Of a DNA stretch of 64,000 nt, positions 52,501 through 64,000 are shown in pieces (the first letter of the stretch is position 1; every line of letters starts with the position of its first letter). The DNA is taken from the NCBI GenBank assembly GCA_040954595.2, contig CM082595.2, positions 186,001-250,000 of the forward strand, given 5' to 3'. Source of the stretch: Balanoglossus misakiensis. Taxonomy: Eukaryota > Animalia > Hemichordata. The position numbers and the translations under genes are program-made. Under the pieces are notes generated by a model. The model saw only the letters and a program-made list of their open reading frames with translations. It was not told where the DNA came from and made no database searches.

Positions 52501-53165
52501 TGACTGAACATAAAACAAAATATCTCGAATTGTTGTACAACATGTTTCGTGTTATTTATTGCCAGTGTTGATATACTAGCAGTTTCATCGTGATCTTTGC
52601 CATACCGGTGTCAAATTGATCTACCAGGCCACAATTTTTTTCTTACCGGGTCGTAAGATAGTGTCACAGCGTAAAAAGATCATCGACCCTTGACCCCAGT
52701 CGATTATCATCAAGTCATCTTGCATTGCGGCCTTCTCGACAGTTTCCTTTGCGTCGCCTTTGTTTCTCCTAGTGTCATACTTTCGACACGTCACCATTTT
52801 CATAAAATTAAATAGCCGATATTTCAACATCTCGATCGGATTTAGGCGCACGTACACCGTATTCGTCAGTCTGTGAACGAAGTTCTTTCTCTCTCCCTCT
52901 AACTCTCGCTCCCCTCCATCTGCGACATAAACTTTATACGTACCTTTTCCTTTCTTTGGTGAAACTTTTCTGATCTAAGATGATGTATCGTGCTTTTCTG
53001 ACCCCAGCTGACAACAGCCACAGTGCCAACAACAAGCAACAAGAACAACATAAGCCAACGCATGGACACTTGCAGTACTGAGAACTTCATCCTAAGCGAA
53101 TAGCTCTGAGAATAGCGGCCCGAAACTGGTGTGAGGAAAATGTCTTCAGCGGGCCAAGATGCCAT
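49582..53165 (-). CDS. NRXN: Neurexin-family type I membrane protein, short gamma-neurexin-like form (signal peptide, mucin/GAG stalk with Cys-loop, TM, neurexin tail; no LNS/EGF)
   Basis: Exons 53165(or 53090)-52944 (signal peptide MRWLMLFLLLVVGTVAVVSWG, donor AAG|gtacgt), 50945-50831, 50576-49582; phases 0 and 1 consistent (1332 nt). Stalk is Thr/Ser-rich with GSGGCLGIDDEECGSGDESGSG. TM is AIIVGTVGLILIVTALGVFI. The tail RCKRANEGSYAVDESRNY...KTDKELYV matches the neurexin RNRDEGSYxVDESRNY...KDKEYYV pattern. Confidence 0.8.
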
Positions 53166-54202
53166 ACCGATGGGAATTCAGGAGATGACGACTTGAGGGA
53201 TGAAGGGGCAAAGAAGGATACGGGAGCTAGCCATGGGTAAGATTTAGTATTAATATGATCTGGACGGGATGTTGCGCAGAGAATGTAAATTTAGAGGCTC
53301 GTAATTGGCTGAGCCTGCAAGCTCATAGACATAACTTGAGTAGTCACTCCATAACGATGTGTAAGGGAGGATTTTTCCCAGAAGACGTATGTTCACAGGC
53401 TATCGAATTTCACAGAGTTCCTATTTTGAGAGAGAAAAAATGTCCCACGTTTGACCGCACACCAGCAAGCCAATAAAAAATGATAAAGATAGAGGCACTA
53501 CACTTTTTGACCGGTTGTGTCTTTCTTGTCTCCTCATACTTGATCACTATGACATCATATGGCTGTGGTCAGGGCCCCCCTGTGTGTGCAAAAGCCAGCA
53601 AAAGTACTCCATTTTGTGAATTCCAAACGAATGACGTTATTTGATTTTACTCGTTGCTGGACAAAACGCCCAATACGCGGATTTGCTGTTCATATATTGT
53701 CTGGACATTAAAAAAACTGGGTTTCGGTACGTGACTACTATGGGGAGTGTTTGAAACATTTGAACAGAACACCATCTCCGCATTTAATTGACGATAAACT
53801 CCATGTACCGGTACACTGAAAGTACATTCCAACATGACAAGGGCATACGATTTTCCGCACGACTATAAATAAACAGTATGAATTCCCTAAGGAAAGATCA
53901 GCCCATCGACGTGACCTGAATGACGTGCACATGCACACCAGAAAAAAAAACGAAAGAAACTAGTTTTTCTGCCTGTGAAGATTGTAGGGTCAAAGTTCAA
54001 ACGAGGTTGCCCATCCTTTGTCTGTGTACTTCGCGATGTCATACACAAAGTTGTTCACCGGGGCAGCTATATCAGAAGCCTATCAAAAGTTCAGGCCAAC
54101 TTATCCCATAGTCGTCGTTCAAAGGATAATTAGCTTCTTAAAGTATAAGGTGAGTGGCCGGCGATTTTCCTATTGCATCAGGTATATGTTCATTTACAGT
54201 AC

Positions 54203-54285
54203 TAATTTCGGTTACCCAGACCCCTGTGCTTCTTCCGCTGGGGCCGGGCTACAGAGAGGCAGAGGAGTCTGGGTAACCGAGACTT
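54203..54285. mobile_element. ~80-bp palindromic mini-element (MITE-like)
   Basis: Perfect 14-bp inverted repeat tcggttacccagac (54208-54221) / gtctgggtaaccga (54267-54280). Same size and similar ccagac core as the 44061 element; the TSD is degenerate. Confidence 0.6.
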
Positions 54286-55368
54286 GGGTACATGACGTAG
54301 GCCATTTCTTGGCAACAGCGCCCTCGATGGCCAAGTTTGAATTTTTGAGCAGTAATCAAAATACAACTTTATCCACCCCACCTGAAACAGTTTACTGATT
54401 CTTTCTGTGACATATAGTCTTTGTATAATAGTTAATATTTATAACTTTCTTAAGAAGTTAATTGACAAACTGCAGTTGAATTATCAGTCATTCTTTTCAA
54501 AATGCCAGGCAACAGGTTTTCAAAAAATAATAGTCACCCAAAGTTTTCAAGTCTTTCCTATGTTGAAGTTTGCGAAGATTCTCTTTGAAAACAAATAAAA
54601 AATAGGGTGCATGTTTATAACAATCACTAATAATTTGACAGCCATTTTGTTTTTTTCAAATTTTTGCACAGTACCTCCTACTTTGTGTTCTAAATTTCAA
54701 GACAGAATAATTAAATGTTGCATTCAGCAAAATACAAGAAAAGATTGATTTTAAAGGCTCGAACTGCATACAACCTAAAAGAGCAGTCTGGTAGCACATG
54801 GTATACATAGGGCACGGAGGAAAAACAAAAAACAATGCAGCACACAATATTCTTGTATATAATTTAACCTACTTTTATTTCATAGCAATGGCAACACATA
54901 AGTCGGCTAAGGAAAAACCCTGGAAACCTGATGCTAACACAATATGAAACATGCCTTGCTGAGGATGTCATCCTTAAAAAATTACAGAAATTCAGAATTT
55001 AAGTACATGATGCAAAATGACAAATAATACATACAGTGAGTGACATTTAACACATGGGATATATGACAGATTCACTGTCTTTAAAGCTTGTCCCAAGTGT
55101 AAATTGTAAAGTACATCAAATAAATTGAATAAGTTAACAGTAGAGCAATAACATGAAAGGTTAAACACTACATATGTCAAAGGTTAAAAACAAGGGCAAG
55201 ACATTACCTAAAGTGATGTCCTCACCTTAGGTGATGTCCAACCACATGCCTGATCACTGCCAGACAAACCAATGACACCAAGTGTGTCATAAGCAGGGAA
55301 AGTTGGAATATTATAATATTGGTGCAATGTGTCTCGGTTTTATTGAGACATCCACAGCTTACAATAGC

Positions 55369-55387
55369 TGCGCCCCCTAGCGGTCCA
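55369..55387 (-). promoter_or_regulatory. CTCF-like motif
   Basis: The minus strand reads tggaccgctagggggcgca, a close match to the CTCF core consensus. Similar sites occur at 54316-54333 and 23741-23758. Confidence 0.5.
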
Positions 55388-56216
55388 GTGACAGTATAGT
55401 TGAAGTTCTCTATGATTTTCAATTTCTTGAATTTCATTTTCATTTCTACAGCAATTTATTTGGAGAAGCAAATGCCAAATGATCAAGTCAAATAACATTA
55501 AAACAAAGACATTGTCACGGAACCATGAGCAGAATTCATTGCAAATTTTTAGTTTTAATTTTTACAAGTTTTGGGGTTGCTTAGTCAGCAGCAGTTTAGA
55601 CAACCTTTTTGTTGTCATTTAAACAAACAGCAGTATCCAAATTGAAAACATTTTGAAAATTTAGTCATTTCCAATTCTGCTCCTAGCTTTTAAGAAAGAG
55701 GATAGTGAGAGGAAAGACAGGACTAAAGTTGCAATGATGCCATTCCACAAAGCTAGAAAATGGAAATAGCATTCACCATGCAAACTTTTAACTACGTATT
55801 ATTATTAAATTTAAAAACAAAATTGATATAAGAACACTAAAACAAAATTAATATAAGAACACTAAAAAACAACATAAAAGTCATCAATACTTCCCAAAAT
55901 GTAATCAAGGTGAGCTAAGACATAACCAGAGATAACTACCAACCATTACCAGACAAACCGAACCAATGACACCGAAACCTCCCAAAAGACCACCGACCCT
56001 AAACAAGACCAACGTACACAGACCACAACCTAACACCAACCTTGACAAATCTGAACAAAATGAAGACCAAACAACCAATGTTTACCTTGACAACATTTGA
56101 GTTGTATTGATGACATTCTACATTATAAGGTCAGTAATTTTAACAAATAAAAATCTACTATGAAACAACTTAATTTATATTTACAATGAATTAACAATAA
56201 AACACAGAGTGAAATC

Positions 56217-58370
56217 ACAGACCCCAATTCTGCTAGCTGCTCGTGGTCTTCAAACTTCTATCTTCAAACTTCTAGCACCTGAAATGACTCTAAAAAGACT
56301 AGGAATACTAGAGATATGGTTAATAGATTTCACAGGCATCAAAGTCTTTGGAGCTGTTAGCTCAGCATTTCAACTGTATCATCCGCGGTCACTTTTAATG
56401 AATACCGAATCGTTGGAGCTGTCCGGAAGCTCTGGGCTTCCGGAGAGCTCCAACGATTAATCAAGTTAAATTACAGACCCCAATTCTGCTAGCCGCTCCT
56501 GCATGGTCTTGACAAACTTCTATCTTCAAACTTCTAGCACCTGAAATGACTCTAAAAAGACTAGGAATACTAGAGATATGGTTAATAGATTTCACAGGCA
56601 TCAAAGTCTTTGGAGCTGTTAGCTCAGCATTTCAACTGTATCATCCGCGGTCACTTTTAATGAATACCGAATCGTTGGAGCTGTCCGGAAGCTCTGGGCT
56701 TCCGGAGAGCTCCAACGATTAATCAAGTTAAATAACAGACCCCAATTCTGCTAGCCGCTCCTGCATGGTCTTGACAAACTTCTATCTTCAAACTTCTAGC
56801 ACCTGAAATGACTCTAAAAAGACTAGGAATACTAGAGATATGGTTAATAGATTTCACAGGCATCAAAGTCGTTGGAGCTGTTAGCTCAGCATTTCAACTG
56901 TATTATCCGCGGTCACTTTTAATGAATACCGAATCGTTGGAGCTGTCCGGAAGCTCTGGGCTTCCGGAGAGCTCCAACGATTAATCAAGTTAAATTACAG
57001 ACCCCAATTCTGCTAGCCGCTCCTGCATGGTCTTGACAAACTTCTATCTTCAAACTTCTAGCACCTGAAATGACTCTAAAAAGACTAGGAATACTAGAGA
57101 TATGGTTAATAGATTTCACAGGCATCAAAGTCTTTGGAGCTGTTAGCTCAGCATTTCAACTGTATCATCCGCGGTCACTTTTAATGAATACCGAATCGTT
57201 GGAGCTGTCCGGAAGCTCTGGGCTTCCGCAGAGCTCCAACGATTAATCAAGTTAAATTACAGACCCCAATTCTGCTAGCCGCTCCTGCATGGTCTTGACA
57301 AACTTCTATCTTCAAACTTCTAGCACCTGAAATGACTCTAAAAAGACTAGGAATACTAGAGATATGGTTAATAGATTTCACAGGCATCAAAGTCTTTGGA
57401 GCTGTTAGCTCAGCATTTCAACTGTATCATCCGCGGTCACTTTTAATGAATACCGAATCGTTGGAGCTGTCCGGAAGCTCTGGGCTTCCGGAGAGCTCCA
57501 ACGATTAATCAAGTTAAATTACAGACCCCAATTCTGCTAGCCGCTCCTGCATGGTCTTGACAAACTTCTATCTTCAAACTTCTAGCACCTGAAATGACTC
57601 TAAAAAGACTAGGAATACTAGAGATATGGTTAATAGATTTCACAGGCATCAAAGTCTTTGGAGCTGTTAGCTCAGCATTTCAACTGTATCATCCGCGGTC
57701 ACTTTTAATGAATACCGAATCGTTGGAGTTGTCCGGAAGCTCTGGGCTTCCGGAGAGCTCCAACGATTAATCAAGTTAAATTACAGACCCCAATTCTGCT
57801 AGCCGCTCCTGCATGGTCTTGACAAACTTCTATCTTCAAACTTCTAGCACCTGAAATGACTCTAAAAAGACTAGGAATACTAGAGATATGGTTAATAGAT
57901 TTCACAGGCATCAAAGTCTTTGGAGCTGTTAGCTCAGCATTTCAACTGTATCATCCGCGGTCACTTTTAATGAATACCGAATCGTTGGAGCTGTCTGGAA
58001 GCTCTGGGCTTCCGGAGAGCTCCAACGATTAATCGTTACAGACCCCAATTCTGCTAGCCGCTCCTGCATGGTCTTGACAAACTTCTATCTTCAAACTTCT
58101 AGCACCTGAAATGACTCTAAAAAGACTAGGAATACTAGAGATATGGTTAGTAGATTTCACAGGCATCAAAGTCGTTGCAGCTGTTAGCTCAGCATTTCAA
58201 CTGTATCATCCGCGGTCACTTTTAATGAATACCGAATCGTTGGAGCTGTCCAGAAGCTCTGAGCTTCCGGAGAGCTCCAACGATTAATCAAGTTAAATTA
58301 CAGACCCCAACTCTGCTTGCTGCTCTTGATCTTCAAACTTCCAGTACCTGAAATGACTCTAAGAAATACT
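56217..58370. repeat. Tandem satellite, 262-bp unit, 8 near-identical copies plus a diverged partial ninth; each copy carries a 51-nt hairpin
   Basis: Unit starts (acagacccc) at 56217, 56473, 56735, 56997, 57259, 57521, 57783, 58038, 58300. The period is 262, except 256 and 255 where there are indels. Confidence 0.97.
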
Positions 58371-58489
58371 AGTAATCTACTTATACCTGTAATGAAGAAT
58401 AGATAACTTGTTAAACTATCTGCCGGCTCATTCATAGAGAAAACCTGTATACAATCAGCAACATACATAGCAAATATTCCAACCATCAT

Positions 58490-61400
58490 ACCCATTATTA
58501 ACCAAAAACATTTTACTAATCTCCTTTGGGAGAAGGGAAAGTTTATTTACACATTTTATACAACCCGTTTTTAATATTTTACCCATTCTTAACCCAACAC
58601 ACTTTCCTAATCTCCTTTGGGAGAAGGGAAAGTTATTTGCACATTTTATATAACCCGTTTTTAATATTTTATCCATTCTTAACCAAACTTTATTTACACA
58701 TTTTATATAACCCATTTTTAATATTTTACCCATTCTTAACTTTCCTAATCTCCTTTGGGAGAAGGGAAAGTTAATTTACGCATTTCATATTACCCATTTT
58801 TAATATTTTACCAATGATTAACCCTCACACTTTCCTAATCTCCTTTGGGAGAAGGGAAAGTTAATTTACACATTTTATATAACCCATTTTTAATATTTTA
58901 CCCATGAATAACCCAACAGACTTTCCGAATCTCCTTTGGGAGAAGGGAAAGTTTTTTTACACATTTTATATTACCCATTATTAATATTTTACCAATGATT
59001 AACCCTCACACTTTCCTAATCTCCTTTGGGAGAAGGGAAAGTTTTTTTACACATTTTATATTACCCATTATTAATATTTTACCAATGATTAACCCTCACA
59101 CTTTCCTAATCTCCTTTGGGAGAAGGGAAAGTTTATTTACACATTTTATATTACCCTTTATTAATATTTTACCAATGATTAACCCTCACACTTTCCTAAT
59201 CTCCTTTGGGAGAAGGGAAAGTTAATTTACACATTTTATATTACCCATTATTAATATTTTACCAATGATTAACCCTCACACTTTCCTAATCTCCTTTGGG
59301 AGAAGGGAAAGTTTTTTTACACATTTTATATTACACCAATGATTAACCCTCACACTTTCCTAATCTCCTTTGGGAGAGGGGAAAGTTTTTTTACACATTT
59401 TATATAACCCATTATTAATATTTTACCAATGATTAACCCTCACACTTTCCTAATCTCCTTTGGGAGAAGGGAAAGTTCTTTTACACATTTTATATTACCC
59501 ATTATTAATATTTTACCAATGATTAACCCTCACACTTTCCTAATCTCCTTTGGGAGAAGGGAAAGTTTTTTTTACACATTTTATATTACCCATTATTAAT
59601 ATTTTACCAATGATTAACCCTCACACTATCCTAATCTCCATTGGGAGAAGGGAAAGTTTTTTTTACACATTTTATATTACCCATTATTAATATTTTACCA
59701 ATGATTAACCCTCACACTTTCCTAATCTCCATTGGGAGAAGGGAAAGTTTTTTTACACATTTTATATCACCCATTATTAATATTTTACCAATGATTAACC
59801 CTCACACTTTCCTAATCTCCTTTGGGAGAAGGGAAAGTTTTTTTACACATTTTATATCACCCATTTTTAATATTTTACCAATGATTAACCCTCACACTTT
59901 CCTAATCTCCTTTGGGAGAAGGGAAAGTTTTTTTACACATTTTATATCACCCATTTTTAATATTTTACCAATGATTAACCCTCACACTTTCCTAATCTCC
60001 TTTGGGAGAGGGGAAAGTTTTTTTACACATTTTATATCACCCATTTTTAATATTTTACCAATGATTAACCCTCACACTTTCCTAATCTCCTTTGGGAGAG
60101 GGGAAAGTTTTTTTACACATTTTATATCACCCATTTTTAATATTACACCAATGATTAACCCTCACACTTTCCTAATCTCCTTTGGGAGAGGGGAAAGTTT
60201 TTTTACACATTTTATATAACCCATTATTAATATTTTACCAATGATTAACCCTCACACTTTCCTAATCTCCTTTGGGAGAAGGGAAAGTTTTTTTACACAT
60301 TTTATATCACCCATTATTAATATTTTACCAATGATTAACCCTCACACTTTCCTAATCTCCTTTGGGAGAAGGGAAAGTTTTTTTACACATTTTATATCAC
60401 CCATTATTAATATTTTACCAATGATTAACCCTCACACTTTCCTAATCTCCTTTGGGAGAAGGGAAAGTTTTTTTTACACATTTTATATTACCCATTATTA
60501 ATATTTTACCAATGATTAACCCTCACACTTTCCTAATCTCCTTTGGGAGAAGGGAAAGTTTTTTTACACATTTTATATAACCCATTATTAATATTTTACC
60601 AATGATTAACCCTCACACTTTCCTAATCTCCTTTGGGAGAAGGGAAAGTTTTTTTACACATTTTATATAACCCATTATTAATATTTTACCAATGATTAAC
60701 CCTCACACTTTCCTAATCTCCTTTGGGAGAAGGGAAAGTTTATTTACACATTTTATATTACCCATTATTAATATTTTACCAATGATTAACCCTCACACTT
60801 TCCTAATCTCCTTTGGGAGAAGGGAAAGTTTATTTACACATTTTATATTACCCATTATAAATATTTTACCAATGATTAACCCTCACACTTTCCTAATCTC
60901 CTTTGGGAGAAGGGAAAGTTTTTTTACACATTTTATATTACCCATTTTTAATATTTTACCAATGATTAACCCTCACACTTTCCTAATCTCCTTTGGGAGA
61001 AGGGAAAGTTTTTTTACACATTTTATATCACCCATTTTTAATATTTTACCAATGATTAACCCTCACACTTTCCTAATCTCCTTTGGGAGAAGGGAAAGTT
61101 TTTTTTACACATTTTATATCACCCATTTTTAATATTTTACCAATGATTAACCCTCACACTTTCCTAATCTCCTTTGGGAGAAGGGAAAGTTTTTTTTACA
61201 CATTTTATATCACCCATTTTTAATATTTTACCAATGATTAACCCTCACACTTTCCTAATCTCCTTTGGGAGAAGGGAAAGTTTTCTTACACATTTTATAT
61301 CACCCATTTTTAATATTTTACCAGTGATTAACCCTCACACTTTCCTAATCTCCTTTGGGAGAAGGGAAAGTTTTTTTTACACATTTTATATCACCCATTT

Positions 61401-64000
61401 TTAATATTTTACCAGTGATTAACCCTCACACTTTCCTAATCTCCTTTGGGAGAAGGGAAAGTTTTTTTACACATTTTTTATCACCCATTATCAATATTTT
61501 ACCAGTGATTAACCCTCACACTTTCCTAATCTCCTTTGGGAGAAGGGAAAGTTTTCTTACACATTTTATATCACCCATTATCAATATTTTACCAGTGATT
61601 AACCCTCACACTTTCCTAATCTCCTTTGGGAGAAGGGAAAGTTTTCTTACACATTTTATATCACCCATTATCAATATTTTACCAGTGATTAACCCTCACA
61701 CTTTCCTAATCTCCTTTGGGAGAAGGGAAAGTTTTCTTACACATTTTATATCACCCATTATCAATATTTTACCAGTGATTAACCCTCACACTTTCCTAAT
61801 CTCCTTTGGGAGAAGGGAAAGTTTTCTTACACATTTTATATCACCCATTATTAATATTTTACCAGTGATTAACCCTCACACTTTCCTAATCTCCTTTGGG
61901 AGAAGGGAAAGTTTTTTTACACATTTTATATCACCCATTATTAATATTTTACCAATGATTAACCCTCACACTTTCCTAATCTCCTTTGGGAGAAGGGAAA
62001 GTTTTTTTACACATTTTATATCACCCATTTTTAATATTTTACCAGTGATTAACCCTCACACTTTCGTAATCTCCTTTTGGAGAATGGAAAGTTTTTTTAC
62101 ACATTTTATATTACCCATTTTTAATATTTTACCAGTGATTAACCCTCACACTTTCCTAATCTCCTTTTGGAGAATGGAAAGTTTTTTTACACATTTTATA
62201 TCACCCATTATTAATATTTTACCAGTGATTAACCCTCACACTTTCCTAATCTCCTTTGGGAGAAGGGAAAGTTTATTTACACATTTTATATCACCCATTA
62301 TTAATATTTTACCAATGATTAACCCTCACACTTTCCTAATCTCCTTTGGGAGAAGGGAAAGTTTTTTTACACATTTTATATCACCCATTATTAATATTTT
62401 ACCAGTGATTAACCCTCACACTTTCGTAATCTCCTTTTGGAGAATGGAAAGTTTTTTTACACATTTTATATCACCCATTATTAATATTTTACCAATGATT
62501 AACCCTCACACTTTCCTAATCTCCTTTGGGAGAAGGGAAAGTTTTTTTACACATTTTATATAACCCATTATTAATATTTTACCAATGATTAACCCTCAGA
62601 CTTTCCTAATCTCCTTTGGGAGAAGGGAAAGTTTTTTTACACATTTTATATTACCCATTATTAATATTTTACCAATGATTAACCCTCACACTTTCCTAAT
62701 CTCCTTTGGGAGAAGGGAAAGTTTTTTTACACATTTTATATAACCCATTATTAATATTTTACCAATGATTAACCCTCAGACTTTCCTAATCTCCTTTGGG
62801 AGAAGGGAAAGTTTTTTTACACATTTTATATTACCCATTATTAATATTTTACCAATGATTAACCCTCACACTTTCCTAATCTCCTTTGGGAGAAGGGAAA
62901 GTTTTTTTACACATTTTATATTACCCATTATTAATATTTTACCAATGATTAACCCTCACACTTTCGTAATCTCCTTTTGGAGAATGGAAAGTTTTTTTAC
63001 ACATTTTATATTACCCATTATTAATATTTTACCAGTGATTAACCCTCACACTTTCCTAATCTCCTTTGGGAGAAGGGAAAGTTTTTTTACACATTTTATA
63101 TTACCCATTATTAATATTTTACCAGTGATTAACCCTCAGACTTTCCTAATCTCCTTTGGGAGAAGGGAAAGTTTTTTTACACATTTTATATCACCCATTA
63201 TTAATATTTTACCAATGATTAACCCTCACACTTTCCTAATCTCCTTTGGGAGAAGGGAAAGTTTTTTTACACATTTTATATCACCCATTATTAATATTTT
63301 ACCAATGATTAACCCTCACACTTTCCTAATCTCCTTTGGGAGAAGGGAAAGTTTTTTTACACATTTTATATTACCCATTATTAATATTTTACCAATGATT
63401 AACCCTCACACTTTCCTAATCTCCTTTGGGAGAAGGGAAAGTTTTTTTTACACATTTTATATTACCCATTATTAATATTTTACCAATGATTAACCCTCAC
63501 ACTTTCCTAATCTCCTTTGGGAGAAGGGACAGTTTTTTTACACATTTTATATAACCCATTATTAATATTTTACCAGTGATTAACCCTTAAACTTTCCTAA
63601 TCTCCTTTGGGAGAAGGGAAAGTTTATTGACACATTTTATATTACCCATTATTAATATTTTACCAGTGATTAACCCTCACACTTTCCTAATCTCCTTTGG
63701 GAGAAGGGAAAGTTTATTGACACATTTTATAATACCCATTATTAATATTTTACCAGTGATTAACCCTCACACTTTCCTAATCTCCTTTGGGAGAAGGGAA
63801 AGTTTTTTTACACATTTTATATCACCCATTATTAATATTTTACCAGTGATTAACCCTCACACTTTCCTAATCTCCTTTGGGAGAAGGGAAAGTTTTTTTA
63901 CACATTTTATATCACCCATTATTAATATTTTACCAGTGATTAACCCTCACACTTTCCTAATCTCCTTTGGGAGAAGGGAAAGTTTTTTTACACATTTTAT
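58490..64000. repeat. Tandem satellite/minisatellite, 90-bp unit, about 60 copies, continues past the window end
   Basis: Consensus accaatgattaaccctcacactttcctaatctcctttgggagaagggaaagtttttttacacattttatattacccattattaatatttt repeats with period 90. The first copies are more degenerate. Confidence 0.98.

Noticed and set aside
51864-52870. Hidden LNS/LamG exon (beta-neurexin) in ORFs 51864-52064, 52159-52380, 52621-52857
   Set aside because: The translations show no LamG motifs, and the candidate acceptor at 52870 hits a stop in the required phase 0. The SWG...IHH resemblance of exon 1 to the beta-neurexin N-terminus is too short to count.
56217-58370. Retrozyme (hammerhead) or C/D snoRNA array
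   Set aside because: The unit size fits, but I see no CTGANGA...GAAA core with stems on either strand. ATGATA...CTGA on the minus strand is too short and non-consensus for a C/D box RNA.
58455-63475. Long ORFs (up to 402 aa) of 30-aa repeats MINPHTFLISFGRRESFFTHF...
   Set aside because: These are a by-product of a 90-bp unit lacking stops in one frame. Frequent frameshifts in the T-run and TAA variants break them, and there is no start or splice context.
56217-64000. CRISPR-like array (palindromic repeats at regular spacing)
   Set aside because: The intervening sequences are identical rather than unique spacers, there are no cas genes, and the context is eukaryotic.
58490-64000. True telomeric repeat
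   Set aside because: Only isolated TAACCC-like hexamers per unit, with no tandem (TTAGGG)n tract.

Overview
AT-rich, intron-containing animal genomic DNA, probably a marine invertebrate deuterostome (inferred from gene content and protein similarity, not proven). Reading GT-AG junctions and codon phases by hand gives ten protein-coding genes. In order: the 3' part of a class A GPCR (+); a convergent paralogous prostanoid-receptor-like GPCR (-); DDX19/DBP5 (+); UBXN10 (-); ELP5 (+); MRPS22 (-); CFAP107/C1orf158 (+); NUDT8 (-); a spinster-like MFS transporter (-); and a neurexin-tailed type I membrane proteoglycan with no LNS/EGF domains, i.e. gamma-neurexin-like (-). The last ~8 kb holds two adjacent tandem arrays, a 262-bp unit (about 8 copies, each with a long hairpin) and a 90-bp unit (about 60 copies, running off the window end). 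The most notable items are the gamma-neurexin-like transcript, the tail-to-tail GPCR pair with an identically sized 208-nt TM7 exon and very long unrelated C-tails, the hairpin satellite, and two bidirectional housekeeping/ciliary gene pairs with X-box-like motifs. Gene names come from recalled motif similarity; no database search was run.
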